This document shows, in pieces, positions 29,346-40,234 of a stretch of 64,000 nt of DNA. The position numbers and the translations under genes are program-made. The notes beneath the pieces were generated by a model, which searched no databases, was not told the DNA's origin, and saw only the letters and a program-made list of their open reading frames with translations. Each line of letters begins with the position of its first letter. Positions within the stretch are counted from its first letter, which is position 1. The stretch is from the IMG/VR virus record IMGVR_UViG_3300015195_000004, positions 1,050 through 65,049 of that record, one strand, 5' to 3'. This DNA is from a virus.

Positions 29346-30434
29346 CTAGAGCCAAAATCCCATACTTGAACCGATATTCGCCCCGGCGACTATGAGAGAA
29401 TATACCGGTAAAACGCCACTTACATCGAAGAAACTTTCAAATTCTCCGCGACTCATGTAAGTCCTGGTGTTATAAATGTAATTATTACACCTAGCGGTAA
29501 TCTCCGGTTCCAAGTCACTCAGCCTACTAGCAGCAGCCTGTAAAGCTCGTCCTGGATCAGCAGACCATTCAACCTTACCGTCTTTCCAAGATTCGGCTGT
29601 AGCTAAATCAGAAGACATCTGTTGGTCAATAATCTTTTTGAAGGAAATCATCATTACTAGTTCTGCCAAATCCCTACTTGGGAAAGGAGTTACTAGGTAA
29701 TATAGGTTATTAGAGTTATTTACTTGGTATCCGTTAATGCCGTAGTGACTCAACATACTAACTGAATTTAACATAAGATTACGTAATTCATCATTAGTAT
29801 AATTAACTTTTGTGTATTCAACCCTCATATAGCTATTTAATGCCGGGGTTACTTTAAAGTCAATGTAGCCGCCGATTTCATTAACAAAGAAATCAGTATA
29901 CTGGACTAAAGAAACAGCAGCACCTTTATTAGCGCCTGCGTAAACAAGAGGATTAGGGAGTAGTTTAATAGTATCATCATTTTGTAGGAAGGAGAGATAG
30001 AACCTGTTTGTTGCCGCGTCTGTGATAAACGGCATTACATTTGATCCCGTACCCTCTGTTGGGGTTGTGGAATCAGTTAAGGGAATACCTATATCTCTAG
30101 CATATGACTGCCTGAAATTATCTAACAATGCCGAAATTTGAATATCATATAGAGGTTGTGTAGCATAAAACGGGCGAGACTGTGCAGTATCAAATACAAC
30201 TCCAGAAGGTCCACCAGTAATATTGATGATAGGAGTTACCCGGTAAAGGTCTAGGGGGCCTCCTGTAGCATCATAGATATTAAGATTTGATGTAGTTCCT
30301 GTGTATCCTGAAAGGGCTACGTAGGTGCCCATTGGTGCAGGTGCGTTCGCAACAGCACGAGAGACTACTACATTATAACCTACAGTTGTAAAACTGCCAG
30401 AAGGAACAAAAGAAGGAAAGCTAAACAAATTCAT
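29346..30434 (-). CDS. head-tail adaptor-like protein
   Basis: 362 aa, two genes after the capsid gene; helical C-terminal region. Confidence 0.5.
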   Translation of the reverse strand: MNLFSFPSFVPSGSFTTVGYNVVVSRAVANAPAPMGTYVALSGYTGTTSNLNIYDATGGPLDLYRVTPIINITGGPSGVVFDTAQSRPFYATQPLYDIQISALLDNFRQSYARDIGIPLTDSTTPTEGTGSNVMPFITDAATNRFYLSFLQNDDTIKLLPNPLVYAGANKGAAVSLVQYTDFFVNEIGGYIDFKVTPALNSYMRVEYTKVNYTNDELRNLMLNSVSMLSHYGINGYQVNNSNNLYYLVTPFPSRDLAELVMMISFKKIIDQQMSSDLATAESWKDGKVEWSADPGRALQAAASRLSDLEPEITARCNNYIYNTRTYMSRGEFESFFDVSGVLPVYSLIVAGANIGSSMGFWL

Positions 30435-30527
30435 GTAGTAACTCTCCTTTATAACTTATATTAGATTTAACAGGACTGAGCCCTGATAAGCAATTCCTGT
30501 AATATCCGCCAGAAGGGCCGGTTTAAA

Positions 30528-31013
30528 TTATTCAGTTACTTTCTTAGGCCGTCCAACAGACTTAACTGCAGGATATGAAGTATCATCTTCTTCTGAGACT
30601 ACTTTTTGTTCATCCATAAACGAATCTGATACTATCTTAATCAAACCCTGTTCTTCTTGATATGATAATTCATCTCTAATTTCATTATTAACTGTATGAA
30701 CTTCGGCGGCAAGTTTTGCCTGCTCTACTTTATAAGCATTCTTAACGGTTTCATCTGAGTGCTTCGCAATGTGTCCTGGGAGACCTCTAACCGTCTCTGA
30801 TTCTAACTCTACTTCAAAGATGTGATTAAAATCATATCCCTCTACCCATGCGTTGCCCGCAACTCCAGGAACCTGTACCATATTCATACCTTGCTTGGGG
30901 AAGAAGTTACCAAACTGCTTATCATTGTCGCCAGAGCGTCCAATACGGAAGCCTCCGGGCTTTAAAAACTTAAATTTTATAATTGTGGCTGTGCTGTGTA
31001 TTGTTCTGCTCAT
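30528..31013 (-). CDS. hypothetical capsid-adjacent protein with C-terminal GRPKK motif
   Basis: ORF track; synteny. Confidence 0.6.
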   Translation of the reverse strand: MSRTIHSTATIIKFKFLKPGGFRIGRSGDNDKQFGNFFPKQGMNMVQVPGVAGNAWVEGYDFNHIFEVELESETVRGLPGHIAKHSDETVKNAYKVEQAKLAAEVHTVNNEIRDELSYQEEQGLIKIVSDSFMDEQKVVSEEDDTSYPAVKSVGRPKKVTE

Positions 31014-31046
31014 CTTATCTCTTTTCTAATGTTAAATAAATTGTAA

Positions 31047-31070
31047 AGAGGGATCAATAAAGACCCCTCT
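31047..31070 (-). terminator. Rho-independent terminator after the capsid gene
   Basis: AGAGGGGTC-TTTATT-GATCCCTCT followed by a T-rich tail. Confidence 0.6.
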
Positions 31071-31083
31071 AAAACAAATATTC

Positions 31084-32322
31084 TTATGCGTTAACTTTTA
31101 ATGTAAGGAAGTTGCGTAAGCAGTAGTCCGGGCGTGCTGTTGCAATATTCTTACTACGACTCCGCCTTGAGTAAAATCCATCGACTGGTGTTTCAAGAAC
31201 GCCGTCGTGGGAATTACCACCAGTTAGCTCTAAACGGTCCCAAAGGATTACTGAGGGCTGTTCAGAGAAGAGAACGAGGTAGCCAGCAGGCAACCAGTTC
31301 TGTTTACGGATTGAGAGGTTTAATCCGAACCAATTTACGATGATGTCTCCACGGAAATCTTCCTGTTGGAACTGACTCCACATTTCGTGTGGAACTGCAG
31401 AAGCAGGATTAGAGTTTCCTGATCCAACAACAAGTGCTACAGGAGTAGCCATGTTCTGGAGGCTTTCCCAAACGGGTGAATGTCCAGCAGTTGAACCAGT
31501 AGGAATGTACATACGGTTGAAATTGCGCTTGATTTGGATACCGTGTGTATTAACAGTCTGGAATACTTTCTTTGTGAGACCAGCTTCGGTAGCAGAAAGA
31601 TCATATACGTTAACAGTTGGAACTGATGTTGTAATAACGCCTGGGTCCAATTGATAAACTGTTTTGCCGGCAAATGAACCACCAGCAGCAAAGTAATTAA
31701 CAATGCTATCAGCAGGATTATCTTTGACGACATCAGTAGATGAAGGGTTTGCAAAAACTGTGTTCACAAGAATATTGTGAAGGCCGATTTGCATGTATTC
31801 ATCTTCGCGTTCTAGGAAGGACTTACGTTCCTCTAGGCGCTGCATGTCGTATAGGTTATTAAGATTAGGGATCATTCCTTCTTCAGTTTTATATGTGAAG
31901 GGAACGACTTGTTGACCATACTGCTTTGTAGCGTAGTAGTTGGTTGAACCAATACCGGCTAGTGAGCCTACTGTCAAACCGACTGGATTAATATACTTTG
32001 AACGGAAAATTGGCAATGTGCCTAAGGGCAGTTGGCGCATTTCAGCAAAGTCTAGGGCGATAGAATCACGGAAGATATTGAGGATTTCAAAGTCAGCTTC
32101 AATGTTCTGTAGTTCTGCAACTCCAGCAATTGAGGACTTTAGCTTGTTGAAGGAATCAACCTGCTTCTGTTTCTCTTCATGTGATGCACTTTTGGATGCT
32201 AATGATTTAGCGTAGGCTTCTGCAGCATATGCTTTGAATGCTGTTTTATCAAGCACTCTTTCATTTTCTTTACCAATACTCTCTTGTACTGGCTTTAGGA
32301 GGCTTTTGGGATCAATAAGCAT
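31084..32322 (-). CDS. major capsid protein (HK97 fold inferred)
   Basis: 412 aa following the protease/scaffold and decoration genes; strong RBS; terminator downstream. Confidence 0.75.
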   Translation of the reverse strand: MLIDPKSLLKPVQESIGKENERVLDKTAFKAYAAEAYAKSLASKSASHEEKQKQVDSFNKLKSSIAGVAELQNIEADFEILNIFRDSIALDFAEMRQLPLGTLPIFRSKYINPVGLTVGSLAGIGSTNYYATKQYGQQVVPFTYKTEEGMIPNLNNLYDMQRLEERKSFLEREDEYMQIGLHNILVNTVFANPSSTDVVKDNPADSIVNYFAAGGSFAGKTVYQLDPGVITTSVPTVNVYDLSATEAGLTKKVFQTVNTHGIQIKRNFNRMYIPTGSTAGHSPVWESLQNMATPVALVVGSGNSNPASAVPHEMWSQFQQEDFRGDIIVNWFGLNLSIRKQNWLPAGYLVLFSEQPSVILWDRLELTGGNSHDGVLETPVDGFYSRRSRSKNIATARPDYCLRNFLTLKVNA

Positions 32323-32352
32323 TTATTAGTTGCTCCTTTATAAGCAAGAGTA

Positions 32353-32862
32353 TTAGAGTATTAGGAACATTCCGCAAGGTATTGTGCGTTGAATTACCTG
32401 GCCTTTGTACTGCAAGCGGGGTTGATCGCCGCCCTGAAGTAGACGTGGTTGACCGTTGAAGATACCAACAATGGTGTCTGGAGCGGTTGTTGCGAGATTA
32501 ATGGCACCTGTGCCGCTGGCAACATACTGGTCTGTGGCAATTGTCTTGCCTGAGATTGATGCGACTACAGCAGCAGTTTGTCCAGCAGCAACTGACTCAT
32601 CATAGATAGAGGCAAGTACTGAGAACACTGAAGGGCCTGTCAATGTAACAGGTTGAAGGAGCCAGCCGGTTTCGCGAAGTGTTCCAGCAGTTGTGCAAGA
32701 AACAGGAGCGATAGAGCCGAATGAGTTACCATAGGGGCTAGGGGTGTTAACAGAAAGGTCGCCAACAACTGAACCTAGTGCAAGACCAGATTGTGCGGCG
32801 GCATTAACTGTGTAAATCCCCACGATTTCCCGATCAGAGAAACCAATTAATGGTGATAACAT
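32353..32862 (-). CDS. head decoration/cement protein
   Basis: 169 aa, Gly/Ala/Thr-rich, immediately upstream of the capsid gene. Confidence 0.55.
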   Translation of the reverse strand: MLSPLIGFSDREIVGIYTVNAAAQSGLALGSVVGDLSVNTPSPYGNSFGSIAPVSCTTAGTLRETGWLLQPVTLTGPSVFSVLASIYDESVAAGQTAAVVASISGKTIATDQYVASGTGAINLATTAPDTIVGIFNGQPRLLQGGDQPRLQYKGQVIQRTIPCGMFLIL

Positions 32863-32900
32863 ATTTTAATGTACCTTATTCCTTATATTATTCTTATTAT

Positions 32901-34841
32901 TTAGTATGAGAAGCGTTCTGTAACGACTTCTTCGTTCCCGCTATAAGGAACAGGATTTACGAGTGGCATCCCAGTTGTTTTAACTGAAGCTAGTGACTTA
33001 ACTAGGAAAGCATTGGAACGCTTTAGAACTTCAATGTTGAACTGTTCTGATGTTAATGCTGCGAGGCTCTTAACATACTCTGGATGTGTCTCAAGGGCTT
33101 TATCAGCATCTGAGAATGACAATACTTTGTCTAGTTCAGCAAATCGTGCTACTGAAAGGGCTGCATCGGTTGTTTCTTTAATTGCAAGGTCACGTTCAGC
33201 AACTGCTGCAGTCAAAGTGGCAACTGACTTATTGATCTCTACGATTTGGGCTTCAAGAGCAACTTTAGCTGCTTCTGATGCGTCAAAATCAGCTTTTGAT
33301 ACTGATTTGATTTGGGTGGCTTCAAGGTCAATGATTTTCGCCTTCAATGCCTCAACTTCTTGTTCATTCATGGATGAATTTACCTTCTTTATTGGAGATG
33401 TTGATTTGAGACCTTGGCGAACAATCGCCATTGCGTGCATTTTGGAACCACGGGGCATCTGTCTCATTTTATCTAGGTTGCCCCTAGTGCCCATTAATTG
33501 GTGATACGCTGCAATAAGTTTTCCTCTGTGAAGGTTTCCCTTATCGTCTTTTATACGAAGTGCTCGATGTTTAACTGTCTCAGTGCCAGTACCATCGACT
33601 TTAGTATTAGTATAATCGTTACTAGAATAACATGATGCAAAGTGATCATCAGGTATAGACTTGTCTAGGCCGTCTTTTTCATCACTCTTCATATGCTGAT
33701 CTACATTAGATGAAAGGATGTCAGGATGTGTTAGTAAATCAGAGGCCCATACATTCATATCTGCGCCAGTGGGGCCATTACCAGGCTCTACGTCGCCTGT
33801 AGCTCCATAAAGACCTGTGTAGTCTACTCCAGGGTTAGCACCTAAGGCATCATCCATTCCAGCATAACCGGAGGTTGACTTGTCTGTAGGTTCTCCAAGA
33901 ATCTCTTTAGCTCTCTTTACTTGAGCAGCTACTTGTTCTGGTGAAAGTTTAGTTACCTGATGTGCCCTAGTTAGTACCGCACGGGCATATTTCTTAGCCT
34001 CAGGATGTCCTTTAGGAGGAAGAGGGAGATGATACTTATCATCAGTGCCCTTAATGCCGTGTTTCTCGTAGAACTTAGGTGAAGGATTTAGACCAGAAAC
34101 AAACTCTAAGGTTGGATTTTGGGCATTATCTACATTAACACCTAGGTTATCAGAGGTATTTTTAGAAGCAGCTAATTTATAAGTAATTGCCGACCGATCA
34201 GCAGGATCAACAACATGCCCTACTCCACTAAAGGAAATTGGCTTGACTGCGAAGTATGTTGGATTACCTTGGTATAATGAATATGCCCATTTACCGGAAG
34301 CATCTACATGGGATAAATCAAGATTTAGTGCCTGACCGTCTGCATATGAAAAGGAATGAAGAATTTTAGAAGGATCAGACTTATCTACAACTATATATTG
34401 GCCGTCATTTGGATTATAGTCTGATTCTTGGCTGTAGGTTCCTAATGAACCCCCAGGACCAAATGAGTCTGAATCAAACCCAAGTGCTTTAGCAACTGAA
34501 CGTTCTAGTTTACAGGCAATATCAATGCCGTCATCATGCATCTCTACTTGTGTGATAGCGCCAAAAGTTGTGTTATTTGATCCACCAACATGGGCAGAAG
34601 AGGAACCATATCCTAGTTTAAGGTGTTCCATATCAACTGTAGAACCTAGCAATGTGTTAGCTAATTCAGGGGTTACATCAGATTTAAGGAAGGTGTAGCC
34701 GTTTGCATTCACTGTAGGAAAATAACTTAAAATTCTTCCTGCTGTGAAAAAGTGTGTTACTGTAGATTCAGGAAGGGTAATTAAAGGTTTAGCAGTAGGG
34801 CTTGCGTACATCTTAACTGATGACATTAAAAGTTCAGGCAT
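32901..34841 (-). CDS. prohead protease-scaffold fusion
   Basis: N-terminal NANG..F...VDMEH...FSGVGHVVDPAD protease-like region; C-terminal Ala-rich coiled coil. Confidence 0.65.
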   Translation of the reverse strand: MPELLMSSVKMYASPTAKPLITLPESTVTHFFTAGRILSYFPTVNANGYTFLKSDVTPELANTLLGSTVDMEHLKLGYGSSSAHVGGSNNTTFGAITQVEMHDDGIDIACKLERSVAKALGFDSDSFGPGGSLGTYSQESDYNPNDGQYIVVDKSDPSKILHSFSYADGQALNLDLSHVDASGKWAYSLYQGNPTYFAVKPISFSGVGHVVDPADRSAITYKLAASKNTSDNLGVNVDNAQNPTLEFVSGLNPSPKFYEKHGIKGTDDKYHLPLPPKGHPEAKKYARAVLTRAHQVTKLSPEQVAAQVKRAKEILGEPTDKSTSGYAGMDDALGANPGVDYTGLYGATGDVEPGNGPTGADMNVWASDLLTHPDILSSNVDQHMKSDEKDGLDKSIPDDHFASCYSSNDYTNTKVDGTGTETVKHRALRIKDDKGNLHRGKLIAAYHQLMGTRGNLDKMRQMPRGSKMHAMAIVRQGLKSTSPIKKVNSSMNEQEVEALKAKIIDLEATQIKSVSKADFDASEAAKVALEAQIVEINKSVATLTAAVAERDLAIKETTDAALSVARFAELDKVLSFSDADKALETHPEYVKSLAALTSEQFNIEVLKRSNAFLVKSLASVKTTGMPLVNPVPYSGNEEVVTERFSY

Positions 34842-34912
34842 TTACTGCCTCCTTAAAGTTATCAGCCCCCAGATTTCTCCGAGGGCTGTCGTACCTTACG
34901 GTAGTTGTTCTA

Positions 34913-35314
34913 TTATGTTACTACGTTAACAGTTACGGGGCTTGATAGCCAAGCAACTGCTGATGCACCAGGGGCACTTACGTCTCCAACAAGTGTTACG
35001 CTTGCATGAAGGGCAAAAGAAACTCCTGCTGTAGCAATCCAAGCATCTCCAGAACCTGATGTATAGGTAGCTGAAGTGCCGTCTGCACCAAGAACTGTTG
35101 CTAGTGTCTGATGAACTGTTCCGTCAAGGGAATTAACAATCAACGAGACTGCTACAACTGTAGCTGTGGGGAATTCGCCGAGATATACTTTGATCGTATT
35201 TGATGCTGTTGCATGTGTAATTCCGAGCAATGGGGAAAAATCAACTGCTCCAGGAGGGGTTTGTTGATGAAGAGGGGAGACTGGAAGGTTAAGAATTTTA
35301 GCGGTAGCGGCCAT
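34913..35314 (-). CDS. small virion-associated beta protein
   Basis: ORF track; synteny. Confidence 0.5.
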   Translation of the reverse strand: MAATAKILNLPVSPLHQQTPPGAVDFSPLLGITHATASNTIKVYLGEFPTATVVAVSLIVNSLDGTVHQTLATVLGADGTSATYTSGSGDAWIATAGVSFALHASVTLVGDVSAPGASAVAWLSSPVTVNVVT

Positions 35315-35363
35315 TTAAGTATGTACTCCTAATATGTATTTTGTTGGGCACATGCCCTATTGG

Positions 35364-37031
35364 TTACTTGCCCGCTTTTCGTGGGGCTCTTGGTTGTGAA
35401 GAGGGGGATGTTCCTGGTTTCCCAGGATTACCACCCTTATCTTTAGCTTGTGTTGAACCTTGACTTGGCTCAAACAACGGCTTTGCTATTGTATTATTAA
35501 GTACTGTTGCATCAGGAGAAGTGTTGCCAAACTCGGCATGTTCCAACTTCTTCTGTTCCATTTCATACTCATAATCAAGATCACTTGTTTCCATAAGGGA
35601 CTTAAGTGAGATAGCTCCCGCAGTAGAAAGTTCCCCAGCGTTCTGAAGCCAAATTGCTTCCTCGTGAAGGCTCTTTCTGTCGAAGGTTGGATAAGGAATA
35701 TCACTAGGTTTAAATCCAGGTCTTCCTACTCCAGCACGTAGTCTATTATATAAAGGATAGAATAGTTGTTCCTCTAGTAACATACGAATAGCATCTACTT
35801 CTTGTACTAGTAGCTTCATTTCTGCAATTGCTGCACCAAAAGTACCATTACCTTCAGAATGCCACATAAAGGAAGGGAGATTCATTACCTCTTTGATTTC
35901 CTTCTCTGGTTGCTTGTACTTTTCAGTACCAAACACTTCCATAGGAGGCACAAAGAAACGAATAGTAGTTGTAGGGTCGGCAAAGACTGTCTGTGAGTAA
36001 TCAGGAGATAGGAAGATAGCTTCCAACTTCTGTAATCTTACTGAGTCTAATGGGGTGTATGCCTTCGGATCAGTGTTCTTTGGATCACCTTCAGATATGA
36101 TTGTTATCATATGTTTAATGTTCCAAGCAACTGCGAAGTCTCCAGCAGCTAATAGTCTATAGCGTTGTAGGGCATCAAATGCCGCCTGAAGAGGCACACC
36201 ATCAAGAGTGTTAATGGCTCTATTATATGCAGCATAACGGTTCTCTACTACAGTATATGATCCATCCATAAGAGGGATAGTAGCAGAAGAGAGATTCCCT
36301 TTAGCAATAGCCTTCTTTATCTCTTCAATCCAGTATGGTGGCATTGAATCATATTGACGCTTATTAGAGGGATTTGTTTTACCTTCTGGGTCCTTCACAG
36401 CATCTATCATTCTACTATCAATCTTTAGATATAGCTTCTGTTTACCTAAAACCTCTTCGTAGTGGCAGGATAATGGATTAAGGACCTGAAGAAATTGAAT
36501 TGCTCCGCCGTCTTCACCACCCCAATAAATAGGGGCCATACCAACAGTGCAGAGACTCCACACGATATTACGTAACTTGGTCTTGAGCAATAACTTACGA
36601 GCATAGTCATCATAAAAGTCTTTTGCAGATACTTTATGTGTTTTATGTTCAAAATCTTTACAGATAAAATCTGTTTTAACTTTAGCTGCCTTTGATACGA
36701 AGGAATTCTCTAGTGCATAACGCATAGATAACTGTATCATTGCAGTAGGATTGCGAGGAATGTTTAAATCAGCTACAGTGTGCCGTTTTGAGAACCGATC
36801 ATTAATGTTAGTATTGCCTACTGGTACTGATGAAGTAGTGAACCCTAGAAGTTTAATAACTTCCATTTCTTGAGCATCGTCCCACATAGGGTTGTTTCTA
36901 CCTGTCATCCAGGAACCAAAGGCCTTAGCTGTTGATGTTAGCTCTTGTTGAGTAGCGGGCACTAGTTGACCAGAAGGTAGGATAATAGAAGGAGTTAGAG
37001 GTGCTTGAATTAATTTTTTACGAGCAGCCAT
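35364..37031 (-). CDS. portal protein
   Basis: 555 aa directly after the large terminase; helical; Pro/Gly/Lys-rich C-terminal tail. Confidence 0.75.
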   Translation of the reverse strand: MAARKKLIQAPLTPSIILPSGQLVPATQQELTSTAKAFGSWMTGRNNPMWDDAQEMEVIKLLGFTTSSVPVGNTNINDRFSKRHTVADLNIPRNPTAMIQLSMRYALENSFVSKAAKVKTDFICKDFEHKTHKVSAKDFYDDYARKLLLKTKLRNIVWSLCTVGMAPIYWGGEDGGAIQFLQVLNPLSCHYEEVLGKQKLYLKIDSRMIDAVKDPEGKTNPSNKRQYDSMPPYWIEEIKKAIAKGNLSSATIPLMDGSYTVVENRYAAYNRAINTLDGVPLQAAFDALQRYRLLAAGDFAVAWNIKHMITIISEGDPKNTDPKAYTPLDSVRLQKLEAIFLSPDYSQTVFADPTTTIRFFVPPMEVFGTEKYKQPEKEIKEVMNLPSFMWHSEGNGTFGAAIAEMKLLVQEVDAIRMLLEEQLFYPLYNRLRAGVGRPGFKPSDIPYPTFDRKSLHEEAIWLQNAGELSTAGAISLKSLMETSDLDYEYEMEQKKLEHAEFGNTSPDATVLNNTIAKPLFEPSQGSTQAKDKGGNPGKPGTSPSSQPRAPRKAGK

Positions 37032-37055
37032 TCAGTTTCTCCTTCATCTCATCTT

Positions 37056-38876
37056 TTACCAAGCTTTATATATTTCCTCAGGTTTGATTTCTATCATCCC
37101 ACGGAACTTATAATTTTCATCCATTATAGTAGGAACTGCCATAGCATCAACCATTTGAGGGGCTTTACTGCCCCATCTATGTTGAATCCTATATAGAATA
37201 TATCCGTAAGACAGTGCTGAAGCAGCATCATGTTCTGCGTTCTTCCATATATATTTAGGCATTTTATTCGTAGTAGTTTTAACTATCTCTTGAGTGCCGG
37301 TTTCAGCATTCTTAACTGTCTTCATAGCAAGATACTTTAACTGCATTACTGAGTCTTTTATCCTGTCATGAATAACTGCTGTTGAATTCTCACCATCTCC
37401 ACCGTCTTCTTGATAGACAGCAGGGATTAAGATTGGACATTCTTCTCTAGAAAGAATCTTACGTAATCCATCATACATTAGATGAATCATAATATCTTCT
37501 GAGTGAATATTCTCTCCACCTCTAGAACGATCATTAGCAAATCCTGCCCGTACCATCTCATCAGATGCACGATTTAGGATTAACTTACGCTGTCCAGAAA
37601 TAGTTCTATATTCATCATGTTGCAGAATTGGGGTATCAATTTCATGAATAGTCCCGTCTCTTAAAGAAAGAGTCGGCTTCATCAGAGAATCAGTTACTTG
37701 TAGTCCCCCGCCGCCCTTATCCATTACAATCCACTCAGGATTGAAGGACTTGTTCAGCTTGTGAATCTCCCAAGCGGCATCATCAGTACTTAAACCTTTA
37801 TTCCAGTAGGTGTAAACCAATCCCATTTTTTCATTAGGGAGGAATTTCCATACGTGAATAACAAAGTAGTCTCCGTGAAGTTGCGTAGCAACGTCAATAG
37901 AGAACCCATAGGTAAAGCCCTTTTCAGCCTTATATTCAATATTAATCTCATTTGACGACATACGTTCAATTAGATCGCCAGGAAGGAATTGACCAGAACG
38001 GCCAACCCACTTGTTGTATAAAACCTGCTGCTTCTCTTCTTCAGACGCACCATCAAGTTGCTGTTCTAAAATATCCCAGTCAACAGTATAGCCTTCTTTT
38101 TCGAGGTCATTAACATTAATGTCAATAATAATATACTTACGTTTATAGTTATCGTCCTGTTGAGCCTTAATGTCTTCACCCTGTATATTCTTAATGAAGT
38201 TCTGTAGAACTGTATAGGCAAAGCAGTCTTGATACTCAGCAGAGGTCATTACTACCAACTTAGGGCCATATGAACCTTGACCTTTGTGACCCTTTAGGAA
38301 CGAAAGAACGTGGTCTTTATACATACTGCGTTCAATAGCAAAGAATTCGTCAATTACTAGAACATCTGCCCGCTCGCCTCGGATTCCTTCACCTTTTCCC
38401 ATAGGGAGGGCCACATGCTGACTGCCATTCTTTAGCTTCAACCGGGACAACATCATTCCGCGAATAACTTGTCCATCTACTTCATTAGTTAAATCTAATG
38501 GTAGGTTTTCGTCTTGATTTTCTAGAATAGTGTTTACTGCATAGTTCCAAGGATGGAGTGCCTGCCTATAAGTAGGGGCAGCATAAACGATCTTAATTTT
38601 TCTTGTCATTGATTCGGCTGCTAGTGCTCTGCCGACCGAAAAGGACTTCGCGGCTCCTCTTATTGCTTGAATAAAGATGAACTTATGATCCCTAATGGCT
38701 TCTCTTATGTTATGCTGAGTGGGGAAGAGGCTAAAAGAGTTGGGGAAGAACATTGCATCAGCAAGATAAGAATTTTCTCGTAAATCAGAAATAAGACCAG
38801 GAACAGTAAAAGTGTCTGGATTTTCAACAGGAAATTTATAAGGTTTCGGGCACCAAATCTTCTGTGGGTTCTCCAT
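37056..38876 (-). CDS. terL: terminase large subunit
   Basis: Walker A-like AIRGAAKS, GEGIRGERAD, Walker B VLVIDEF, RNase H-like SIDVA / VMDKGGGG / HD. Confidence 0.9.
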   Translation of the reverse strand: MENPQKIWCPKPYKFPVENPDTFTVPGLISDLRENSYLADAMFFPNSFSLFPTQHNIREAIRDHKFIFIQAIRGAAKSFSVGRALAAESMTRKIKIVYAAPTYRQALHPWNYAVNTILENQDENLPLDLTNEVDGQVIRGMMLSRLKLKNGSQHVALPMGKGEGIRGERADVLVIDEFFAIERSMYKDHVLSFLKGHKGQGSYGPKLVVMTSAEYQDCFAYTVLQNFIKNIQGEDIKAQQDDNYKRKYIIIDINVNDLEKEGYTVDWDILEQQLDGASEEEKQQVLYNKWVGRSGQFLPGDLIERMSSNEINIEYKAEKGFTYGFSIDVATQLHGDYFVIHVWKFLPNEKMGLVYTYWNKGLSTDDAAWEIHKLNKSFNPEWIVMDKGGGGLQVTDSLMKPTLSLRDGTIHEIDTPILQHDEYRTISGQRKLILNRASDEMVRAGFANDRSRGGENIHSEDIMIHLMYDGLRKILSREECPILIPAVYQEDGGDGENSTAVIHDRIKDSVMQLKYLAMKTVKNAETGTQEIVKTTTNKMPKYIWKNAEHDAASALSYGYILYRIQHRWGSKAPQMVDAMAVPTIMDENYKFRGMIEIKPEEIYKAW

Positions 38877-39534
38877 CTGTCTTACCTATCTCTGTTACAT
38901 ATTCTTTACTTAATGAATCAAAGTTTCGTCTCAGTCTAGCTGCACTCTCCAGCATATCTTCATTCATTCTTCGTATAACTTCTGAATTAGAAGTCTTTAG
39001 GAAGTTTTCTAATGCCGACACTAGCCGAGAGGGCGTAGTCTGAACGCTTTGCTTACTTTCCTTCTTAGCCTTACGGGTAAGAGAGAGGGCATTCATTGCA
39101 TCCAAATTAGACTTCTGCGCTTCTTTTACAAGCTTCGCAAGAGTAGCAATAATTTCTAGGTTTCCAATATCTTTTAGATCAATATCAGAGTATTCGCTTA
39201 TCATTTTCTGATAGCGGGCAATAGCTTCTTCATTTTTAACAATTTCTCTAATACTTGGTTCTAAAGCAGGGTCTTCTTCCGCCTGCATAAATAATACTTT
39301 GTACCTAGCATTGAAGTCTGTAGGTTGTACCTTTAAAGGGGCTATGATTGCCTCAGGAGGGGGTGTTCCTGGCCTTTTGGTAGGCTTAGTGCTGTGCTGA
39401 ACCGTCCACCCAATTTCAGGGGCTACACCATCAATAGTAAACTTTTCTCTATATTCGGCTAACTTGATGCCGTGCGCTTTTAAATGCGGAGAAATTGATT
39501 TAACCTGAGCTTTACAAATGAGGCACTCTATCAT
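38836..39534 (-). CDS. probable terminase small subunit with N-terminal C2H2 (Ros/MucR-like) finger
   Basis: Upstream of terL; CLIC...HLKAHG...EYREKF followed by a coiled coil. Confidence 0.5.
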   Translation of the reverse strand: MIECLICKAQVKSISPHLKAHGIKLAEYREKFTIDGVAPEIGWTVQHSTKPTKRPGTPPPEAIIAPLKVQPTDFNARYKVLFMQAEEDPALEPSIREIVKNEEAIARYQKMISEYSDIDLKDIGNLEIIATLAKLVKEAQKSNLDAMNALSLTRKAKKESKQSVQTTPSRLVSALENFLKTSNSEVIRRMNEDMLESAARLRRNFDSLSKEYVTEIGKTDGEPTEDLVPETL

Positions 39535-39538
39535 TGCG

Positions 39539-40234
39539 CTATCCATTAGAATTCTCCAAATATGTAATTGCTGACTTTAATGTAGAAATGTTATCTTTTG
39601 CATTACCCAATAGAAAATTACAATTTTCACACAGGATTCCTCTAACCTTTAGAGATGTGTGACAGTGATCTACTGCTATTTTTGGACTCATAGGATGAAT
39701 AGAAATAAAACAAATCTTACAAAGGTTATTCTGAATTTCAAACATGTGTAAATATTCTTGAACAGTTAACCCATAATTTTTTCTCAAATTAAATGCCTTA
39801 ACTGTGCATTTTTTACTACAATAAACTGCGTCGGTTCTCATGGTCTTAGATGTACTACATATGGGACATATTGTGGGGTCTTCTATCCTACCCCTAGAGT
39901 GTCTAGTTGAACATCTACCACTACAATAAAATCTTCCTTCAGGAATAGTGGTATCGCATTGAAGACAAACCCCTATCGGTTCTAGGGTTCTATCGGTATT
40001 ACCGTTCCTTCTGATGCGACCGTAATGCTTTTCACAATACAATGCGTATTTACTCCTTGGCGGAGTTAGACAATCTTCAACTGCACATTCAGAGGTTCCT
40101 GGGCGTTCTGACAACTTAAAGCCCTTTCTGTTTTCTCTGACATAGCAAGCATTACAATTATACACATCTGGCTTTGTTTTATCTACACCACAAGAACCAC
40201 ATACAGGACTGTTACTTTTCCCTCTAGAAGCCAT
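39539..40234 (-). CDS. recombination endonuclease VII-family nuclease
   Basis: YG.T..EY..MFE.QNNLCKIC, VDHCH, VRGILCENCNFLLG; N-terminal Cys clusters. Confidence 0.85.
   Translation of the reverse strand: MASRGKSNSPVCGSCGVDKTKPDVYNCNACYVRENRKGFKLSERPGTSECAVEDCLTPPRSKYALYCEKHYGRIRRNGNTDRTLEPIGVCLQCDTTIPEGRFYCSGRCSTRHSRGRIEDPTICPICSTSKTMRTDAVYCSKKCTVKAFNLRKNYGLTVQEYLHMFEIQNNLCKICFISIHPMSPKIAVDHCHTSLKVRGILCENCNFLLGNAKDNISTLKSAITYLENSNG

Noticed and set aside
5381-33504. Antisense and alternate-frame ORFs in the track (e.g. 5381-5710, 25370-25696, 31940-32215, 33013-33504)
   Set aside because: They lie wholly within well-supported genes and have no RBS or promoter; treated as shadows
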